From Chrysomallon squamiferum (Eukaryota > Animalia > Mollusca), in the NCBI GenBank assembly GCA_012295275.1, contig CM022671.1:9300001-9364000 (forward strand): a stretch of 64,000 nt of DNA. The letters are read 5' to 3'. Positions 56,410 to 64,000 of the stretch are shown one piece after another; positions within the stretch are counted from its first letter, which is position 1; each line of letters starts with the position of its first letter. The notes beneath the pieces were generated by a model. The model searched no databases. It was not told the origin of the DNA and worked only from the letters and a program-made list of their open reading frames with translations. Made by a program: the position numbers and the translations under genes.

Positions 56410-56444
<35 letters not shown>

Positions 56445-56612
56445 GTGTATAGTTGTCTATATGCACATGCAAGACAGAATGGATCTCTCTGTGTGTATGC
56501 ATGTGTGTGTGTGTGTGTGTGTGTACTTGTCTATATGCACATGCAAGACAGAATGGATCTCTCTCTGTGTGTATGTGTATGTGTCTGTGTCTCTGTGTGT
56601 GTGTGTGTGTGT
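56035..56612. repeat. Compound array: six copies of a 36-bp unit separated by variable (TG)n tracts
   Basis: TTGTCTATATGCACATGCAAGACAGAATGGATCTCT near 56069, 56139, 56203, 56339, 56453 and 56527; the first copy has two substitutions. Confidence 0.95.
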
Positions 56613-57004
56613 TTAAGGTTAGAATGGCCTCATTCAGTGAGGCTCTGCTGAGCTGCAGTTGGCCATTTGACCCGAGCAGGATAAAGCTGATATCTTAAGA
56701 CAGTAACCTGCTCTTTTTTCTGCAATCCTGCAGTCCTAAATAATGCAAAAACTAAATGAAATTATCTGTGTAATTTCTCAACTCAGTGGTCTCAAGAGTA
56801 GGAGATTCATGCATGTTGATTTTGTTGTCACTATACATTAAAACAAAACAATTCCAAAATAACAACAATTTATTTGTTGTTTTTAAAGTAAAAACCTTTT
56901 CAATATGGTCTGTTAAGATCTAAACCAGGAATTAAACACTAAAATAGCAACTTCCAAAAAAGAATACTGTACAAACTGGTCCCTGGAGACTGTACTGATA
57001 GAAT
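56613..57004. mobile_element. Non-autonomous DNA transposon fragment starting TTAA-GG (Kolobok-like terminus, tentative)
   Basis: ttaa|ggttagaatggcc at 56613. Its first ~85 bp have an inverted, diverged copy at 44902-44981, and its far end is shared with 55655-55698. The family call is inferred only from the TTAA+GG terminus. Confidence 0.45.
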
Positions 57005-57883
57005 ATATATATATATATATATAAATCAGAATTAAAAAAATTCATTTAGAGATATTACTGCTTCAACTCATCAGTATTTTTAACAATAAGAATTGATTTA
57101 GTAATACAGTTTCAGTCTTTGTTACAAATATTTCATAATTCTTAATTCAAAACTGCAATTCTTTCCCATAAAAATCATTTACACCAAAATAATATCATTT
57201 TTTACCATAAACCATTTTTTGTTTGTTATTAATAATAACAATAATAATAATAGATAAACAAAATATATAATAATAATAATAATAGTAGTAATAATAATAA
57301 CCACAAAAAAATAACAATAATAACAAAATAACAACATCAAAAAAGGTTAAAAAAAAAAAAAAAAAAAAAGAACGACAACCAAACAACAATAATTTTAAAA
57401 ATGTTAAAAATAAAAAATGCTCAACCATATGAATTTTTTTCAGAGATAATATCATTTTAAATGGATGTTAAAACTTCCTGTAAGAGAAAACTCTCTGCCA
57501 ACAGATATAAATTAAAAGACATAACAGCAGACTGGAAAACTGTATTTCATTGTGTAACCAGTCATGTCTGACACATGACAAATGCCAGATCTGGGTTTCC
57601 ATCAAGCAGGGTTAAAAAACAAACATAAAAAACCCTCCCCAACATTCTATCTCTGACATCATTCCAAGTAAGACATGATTATTAACCAAGAAAAACCAGT
57701 AATCAGTATTAGAATTTATTTTTCTGTTAACAAACTCTGCCATTTATTGGCTTGTCTGTTTCAGATTTGATTTTGTTATGTCTAAAAAAATGAAAAGTGT
57801 TTTAAAAATATATATTTCTTTCAGTATTTATAATTGCAGTTTTACACTGGACAAGAAAATTTATTCAGTATGTAATCTTGCTG

Positions 57884-57920
<37 letters not shown>
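57884..57920. repeat. Poly(A) tract, 37 nt
   Basis: Read directly from the sequence. Confidence 0.98.
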
Positions 57921-57922
<2 letters not shown>

Positions 57923-58773
57923 CAGAGCCAAGTGATGTAAATTATCTATTTTTTGGTTTATTGTCTGCAAGATACCAATTTATATATATATATATATATA
58001 AAAGAAGTATAAGATGATGAATATCCATCAGGTGTACTTATTTTTCAAAATTATCATATATGTCATGTGTGTATCTGCATACAAACGTCTGTCTGACACA
58101 AACCAATTCTGGTCTGTTTAAAAACTGTTTAAAAATTAAAACATTTTTATAATTTCAAAAAAAAAAAAATAAAAAATAAAATTTGTTTTGATGGTTGTTG
58201 TTTTTTTCTCAAATGTTTAATTTTCAGAATAAAATAAAATAAAACATGAAAATTATAAGAAATCATTTTACACTTCAGCTGTTTTGAAATCATTAATGAA
58301 GTATCTGAATTTTTTGCACTAATATTTTTTGTTGTATGACCTTTATTCAAAAAGACTTGGGAAAATAGCATAAATATCATTGCACATAAGGAAAATGGAA
58401 AACGGTAATCAATTCAAAAAAAAAAAAAACATTAAAAAAAATTAACAACTAATAATTAAAGAAGAAAAAAATTATAATCTAAAATGAAGGGTGGTAAGGA
58501 AATTAATTAGAAAATAAAAATTCAATGAACATCATTGTTAATATCTTCAGTGGAGGACACCAGGCATTGTAGCAGGCTGATGAAAAACATGATATGACAA
58601 AATGTGGTCACTGTACACAGAAGGGAAATCAAGACACTGAAAAGTTTAGTGCATTACCAAATAAGAAAAGGAAATCATTATTAAAAGTTAAGAAGAATCT
58701 GAATAACAAAAATTTTTAAATTTTAGATAATAATAATAACAGAAATAATAACAACAGATATAATAATAATAAT

Positions 58774-58809
<36 letters not shown>

Positions 58810-59735
58810 TATAAAATTAAGGTAATATTTTTAATATTTTTAATTTTCCTAAATGTAACCTATCAAAAATATTTAAAAAACAGATTTAAAAAACCCAGTA
58901 ATTACAAAAAAGTTATAATTGCTTTATGCCAACACAAGTTTTTGGAGTACGTAGATAGCAATGCTTTATGACTGTTTTAACATTTATCCCTGCCATATTT
59001 CATTAATTAAATCATAAATTTAACTGTTTTTCTATTATGAATCCAGCTTTAAAACTTGTACATAACTTAAAAAATAAAATAAAATAAAATAAAAAAATAA
59101 ATTAATAAATTTAAAAAAAAAATGATTATAATAATAAAACTTTAAAAAAAAGAAAGATAATAATGAAATAAAGAATAATAATAAAAAAAAATAAATAATA
59201 AAAATATATTAAAGCTAGAAAAAAAAAAAAAAAAAAAATCAGATTATATAGGAATACAGTAAATTAAATAATAAAAATTAAGAGAAAAAATATAAATTAA
59301 CAACAATATGTACACAATATTCACAGTAATTTTGTGATCACATAAACATTCTATGATGTTAATGTTTATTGAAACAAATATAAAACGATCACAGAATGAA
59401 ACTTCAGCTTTGATAAGTAACTTAGTGAAGTTATGCTTGTTTAGACAGTTTGTAGATGAAAAAAAAGAAATACTGTACCATTAAAATAGCTAACCATTTT
59501 ACAGATATCTTTTTATTTTGCAAATCTATTAATTCTCAAAAACAGCAAATATTGAAGGTAAAAAAGGGAAAACAAAAGGAAGAAAAAGGAAAATGTATAA
59601 TGAAAAAAATAAAGGAAAAAAGAAGTAGAAGAAAAAAGTAATCTAAGGTAAACAATTCAGTTCTGACAACACGTGTGAATGATCACAGAATTATCTCACC
59701 ATGACTACGCAATGGTGTGGAGAATCTACACGTAA

Positions 59736-59767
<32 letters not shown>

Positions 59768-60295
59768 AATAAAAAGAAAGAAAAAAAGGAACAGAAGAAA
59801 CTAATTTGATACCTAAAACTATTATTTTAATTAAAACTCAGTTTACTAAGAATAACAATATATCTATGCATTCTTTGAATTCTGTTTTTGGTGGGCACGT
59901 TATGTGTAGTTATAAAAATATAAATGAAATTAATTCATATATTCATAAATATATTATGTGTATTTTTGTCCTTTAGTTAAATAAATATGGATTATTAGAT
60001 TTCTACTTGACATCAGGTTTAATAAAGTATATACTTTATTTCTATGTCATGTGTGTGTGTGTGTGTGTGTGTGTAATTATGATTTATTTATTTTACAAAT
60101 TCATTAAATTAATATATTAAAAAAAGAATTCAAGCCATACCATTAATTAATTTAAATGTTTATTTTTTAAGAAATGATAAAATAAAAAAATAAAAAATAA
60201 ATATATATATTTAATTCTACTGCTGTTCAAAGCAAATTAAGACATAAATTAATTTATGCTGGTTTTTTTTATTAATAATATTAATATATACTTAC

Positions 60296-60383
60296 TCTAT
60301 TGGAATATGCTAATTCCATGGATTCTGAAGATAATTTACATAAAGCATCTATTAAATGATGCAAAGCAACCTCATCAAGGTAC
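60296..60383 (-). CDS. MON2: MON2 internal exon: [29 protein letters not shown]
   Basis: Acceptor tgtttcag, donor gtaagt; 88 nt; YLDxVxLHHLIxALC motif; in frame. Confidence 0.96.
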
Positions 60384-60768
60384 CTGAAACATGACAAAAA
60401 ATAGCAAAATTGAAAATAATATAGCACAATCTTATATATATATTAGTTCTGACCACAAGAAATAAAAATTCTATAATACATTTTCATGCTGTCAATTTAA
60501 AATATTTATACTGATAACTAAAAAAAAAAAAAAAATGTAAAAGTAAAATTTTATTATTTTTAAATTATCTTTTTTCAGTTAATAAAAACTAATTTGCTGA
60601 ATTAGACAAATTTAAAATCTCCCCCCTATATTTAATGTATTGAAATTAGGTGTAACAAAATTAATATTTATAAAATATTATTTGTAATACAAAAAAGTTA
60701 GCATCCTAAATATTATACTCCTATAATAAATTAAAAAATTAAAAAGAAAATTTTTGTCTTTCACTCAC

Positions 60769-60926
60769 TGAGAACTTTCAAACAGTCGTGACAACATGGA
60801 TGACAACACTGGCAGGTCAGCCATGACAGCAGTGGTGATGACAGCATTGGCTGTTTCATTTATCTGCTGTCCTGCCTTCAGACTTCCTCCTGATGATGGC
60901 TTCAGGCCAAGAATCCAAACAAGATG
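60769..60926 (-). CDS. MON2: MON2 internal exon: [52 protein letters not shown](Q)
   Basis: Acceptor ttttttcag, donor gtgagt; 158 nt; [10 protein letters not shown] and TTAVMxDLPV..LSRLFESSQ motifs. Confidence 0.96.
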
Positions 60927-61468
60927 CTGAAAAAATATTTTAAAAACAACAATACAACAACATTTCTGTAAACCTAGTAATCAGTAAACTGGAAATGAAA
61001 TGATTTTTGCTATCATGTAATTATCAATGTAAAATCTTTTTGCTTGGTCCTGATACCATTTGTTTCTGTGAGGTTTCACTCTACTTTAATAAATACTGAA
61101 AAACAAGCAAATGTAATAATTATGGAGATACTTTTAAAATAAAGGTTTATAGAACCACCAAAAAATTACTGTTGATCCTTTCTTTGACTGCTTATTCCAC
61201 TTTTTTATATTTAATTTTTTTCCTTAAATAGAAAACATCAAAGAATTCTTAAAATTATAACATATACTTTTTATTCATTATTTCTGTACTAAATTTTTTA
61301 TTATTATTAAAACTTCACTGAAAAAAAAAAAGTTTTTTGGTTTGTTTTGTTTTTTAACTTATTGTCCATTTCTTTTTATTCTGCAATTATTATATAATTT
61401 AATGAATGTTTAATCACTCATTTATTACTTATTCTTGTTTTAAACTGACAGAATCTGAGTATTAATAC

Positions 61469-61573
61469 CTGGAGTGTTGTCAGAACAAGATGCCAGGCTG
61501 TGCCAAGAATGCTTCCATGACAGTGTGCTACACACAACAGTGATCTCATACACTGAATGTTCTTAGCCGTCAG
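61469..61573 (-). CDS. MON2: MON2 internal exon: [35 protein letters not shown]
   Basis: Acceptor ctgtttccag, donor gtatta; 105 nt, phase 0/0; conserved LTxKNIQCMR..AHCHG..LG..W motif. Confidence 0.96.
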
Positions 61574-61907
61574 CTGGAAACAGAACATTCATTTACACAC
61601 ACTATTTTGTTTTATTTTTTCCAGTGTTAAATTATTAAATATTTAAAAAAATATATATTCTTTAAAATATTTTGTAATTAGATTTTAATTTTATTTATTT
61701 GTTTACTTTACCTGTGTTAATTAAATTTATTAAATAATTTAAAAAAATATATTCTTTGAATGTTTTTATAATTAGTTTTTACTTTTATTCTAAGTTAGCT
61801 AAATTACATCAATGGATGCTTAGATTTTTTGTCTCAGGATTCTGTTAAATAGGGTAAATAGATTACAATAAATCCTTCCAATAAATAAATCTGTGTTCAA
61901 ATCTCAC

Positions 61908-62038
61908 CATGACTGGTCCCTGATGAGCACCAACAGGAAGTGATGCAGTGGGGAGTGGTGTTCCCACGGCAACCACCTGACTACGCTCTACAGCTTCAGC
62001 GCCCATCTGGTTTTCTTGACTTGATCCTTTGATGAGAG
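61908..62038 (-). CDS. MON2: MON2 internal exon: (T)LIKGSSQENQMGAEAVERSQVVAVGTPLPTASLPVGAHQGPVM
   Basis: Acceptor ctgtaacag, donor gtgaga; 131 nt; QVVAVG and QGxVM motifs; in frame; overlaps track ORF 61863..62102. Confidence 0.93.
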
Positions 62039-62572
62039 CTGTTACAGTGAAATTGTTTTTACAATAAATAAAAATGTAAAACTTACAAAATATTATTGTC
62101 AATAAATGACATTAAATTCTGTATATTTATTTAAATTAGAAGTACTAAATGCAAGATTTACTCACTAACTTAATTAATTAAAACTGGAAAAAATACCATA
62201 TATTATCATCAATAAATGAAATTTTTGGCACTTATTTTAATTAGGCGTGTCAAATGAAAAGATAAACTCCTTCAAAAATTCATGAAAAATTTTGTGTATC
62301 ACTAATCAAATGTATGGATGATTACAATGACAAATTTTTCAATTTCTTTCAAACAGTACTTTTAATAATTTGTTAAAAAATAAAAATAATAATAAGAAGA
62401 AGAATAAAAAATAAGAAAATAAAAAAAAGAAGAATGAAATCTGTTATATAAAGGACAAAAAACCATGTTATTTTATGAAAAGGCAGAAATTTATAAATAT
62501 ATAGTAATGAAATTTGATTACTGAATCTGTAAGCTAGACAGATGGAAAGAACTGACATCATGATCCACTTAC

Positions 62573-62751
62573 TTTTTGGACTGGTCGAACCACTGGTGTT
62601 GAGAATGGTCAGTGTGTAGTGAGGAGGCAGTGATGCCTTACAAAGGGCAGTGATAAAAGCATCTCGTGGTGTATTCATTCCCAGAATGCCACACAGTGTG
62701 GCATATGTCTGCTGTGATTTCAAAATGGACTCTGTCGCACTTTCATCAGTA
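62573..62751 (-). CDS. MON2: MON2 internal exon: [59 protein letters not shown]
   Basis: Acceptor ttttcaaag, donor gtaagt; 179 nt; contains RDAFITAxCKxSLPPHY, characteristic of MON2; overlaps track ORF 62373..62723. Confidence 0.96.
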
Positions 62752-63278
62752 CTTTGAAAACAAATAATTTAAATTTTAAAAAAAATATATATATATATAT
62801 ATTTAATGAAAAAAATAAATATTAAAATTTAAAAGTAAAAATAACATAAAATGAAATAAAATAAACAAGACATTCATATAGTGACTGGTCCATAATGAAC
62901 ACCAAAAATAAATAAATGTATATTTATTCATCATGAAAATAGCGTTTATAAAAGTTTTGATAAAATCTTTGAGATATCTGGAATTTATTATGAATGATTT
63001 CTGTTAAATATAAACTGAAAACTTACTAACTCAGATCTATAAAGTCACAGAAATTATTAATTGATCAGTTGGTTAATTTTAGTTTTTGTTTTTATTTTAT
63101 TTGTTTTTACTTATTAATATATATTTATTTACTTATTTATTTATTATTACTTTAAATTTTTTAATAATAAAACTTTCCATAATTTCAGTAGGCATAGGTA
63201 TATAAATATGTAGTTTTTTTTTTTTGAAAGCTGTATTAGGTGAGATGAGTCTCTGCTGGAAATGTATTAAACTGTTAC

Positions 63279-63357
63279 CTTGCATCCAACAACAGTGAGA
63301 GGGCAGCAAGCATTCCACACCATGATGAGTTGATGAGCTCTTCTTTCAGTTGATCAT
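63279..63357 (-). CDS. MON2: MON2 internal exon: (N)DQLKEELINSSWCGMLAALSLLLDA(S)
   Basis: Acceptor tttggcag, donor gtaaca; 79 nt; conserved MON2 motif WCGxLAALSLLLDAS; frame continuous with both neighbours. Confidence 0.95.
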
Positions 63358-63790
63358 CTGCCAAACACACATATTAACAGTTATCTTATTGGTCAATGTA
63401 ATTCAACAATCGAATAAAACATACCGGTTCTTAATAAAAATGTTAATGGTTGTCAAATTAATACATAAAATGTATCATGCTTGACTGTTGATGGCAATTA
63501 TATTGAATAAATTCAATGATAACAGTTTGTACATATGGTACCTAGTAATATATATTAAATGTTAAATATTCTTTGAATATCTTTGTTCAAAGATTAATAT
63601 GTTTTCAAAAATTTCATCTTATTTTCCAGTATTAATTTATTCTTAAATACTGAAAATTCAGTATTGTTAAATATTTCACAGATCTATTCAGTAAATGAAT
63701 AAATTGATGTATAAAAAATATAATGGAACTGGTGTCTATAGAAATACTCATTATTAATTCTGAATGTTAACTCATAGACATAATACAAAC

Positions 63791-63984
63791 TTTGATTATT
63801 TTCTTCACTGGTTGTGTTAGGATCTACTTCTTTTTCTTCTTGATTTGCTTCTTTTGTTTCAAAGTTTTCTCCTTTGATCAGAAGTTCAACACTTTTCACC
63901 ATTTCTAAGAGGCAGTAAAAAGCCAGAGAGACTCCATAACCTTCTGGGATGTTTGGTGGCTCAATCTTATCCAGCTGTTCTAGA
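63791..63984 (-). CDS. MON2: MON2 internal exon (first in window): LEQLDKIEPPNIPEGYGVSLAFYCLLEMVKSVELLIKGENFETKEANQEEKEVDPNTTSEENNQ
   Basis: Manual translation. Acceptor ttttttcacag, donor gtttgt; 194 nt, phase 2 in and 1 out, joins the next exon in frame. Resembles MON2 '[27 protein letters not shown]' as I recall it. The donor position is the least certain boundary. Confidence 0.9.
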
Positions 63985-64000
63985 CTGTGAAAAAATAATA

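Larger units (their letters stand above)
55655..57004. repeat. Inverted repeat pair (55655-55698 and 56961-57004), probably DNA-transposon derived
   Basis: gtctccagggaccagtttgtacag (55669-55692) is the exact reverse complement of 56967-56990, and the match extends imperfectly to about 44 bp. Confidence 0.85.

Noticed and set aside
56035-56612. CRISPR-like repeat-spacer array
   Set aside because: Spacers are (TG)n microsatellites of variable length rather than unique sequences; no cas genes; eukaryotic intron.
55931-56698. Cys/Val- and His/Thr-rich ORFs in the track
   Set aside because: They are translations of (TG)n/(CA)n repeats, open in several frames on both strands.
60378-60392. cag|GTACCT as a recursive site
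   Set aside because: It is simply the start of a genuine coding exon, and shows that AG|GT alone is not diagnostic.

Overview
Very AT-rich, CpG-depleted, microsatellite-rich animal genomic DNA. It is probably a mollusc; the SINE-like fragments resemble, from memory, a gastropod family (inference only). The only intact protein-coding signal is eight internal exons of MON2 (Golgi/endosome trafficking scaffold of the Sec7/Arf-GEF-like family) on the minus strand at 63984->53717. They splice in frame through GT-AG introns into about 345 codons. After the exon ending ...[12 protein letters not shown] could not find the next expected MON2 exon (VCQHP...REWG-like) in the remaining 53.7 kb, so most of the window appears to be one giant intron. 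That intron holds a decayed FLYWCH-MULE transposase, SINE and DNA-transposon relics, tandem repeats, and many short, complex, motif-rich islands between low-complexity tracts. The most interesting signal is a candidate recursive-splicing site on the MON2 sense strand (pyrimidine tract-CAG|GTGAGT at 1642/1641), followed by a 51-nt cryptic exon with stops in all three frames. A second site of similar architecture lies at 46747/46746. Almost all ORFs in the supplied track are low-complexity artefacts.
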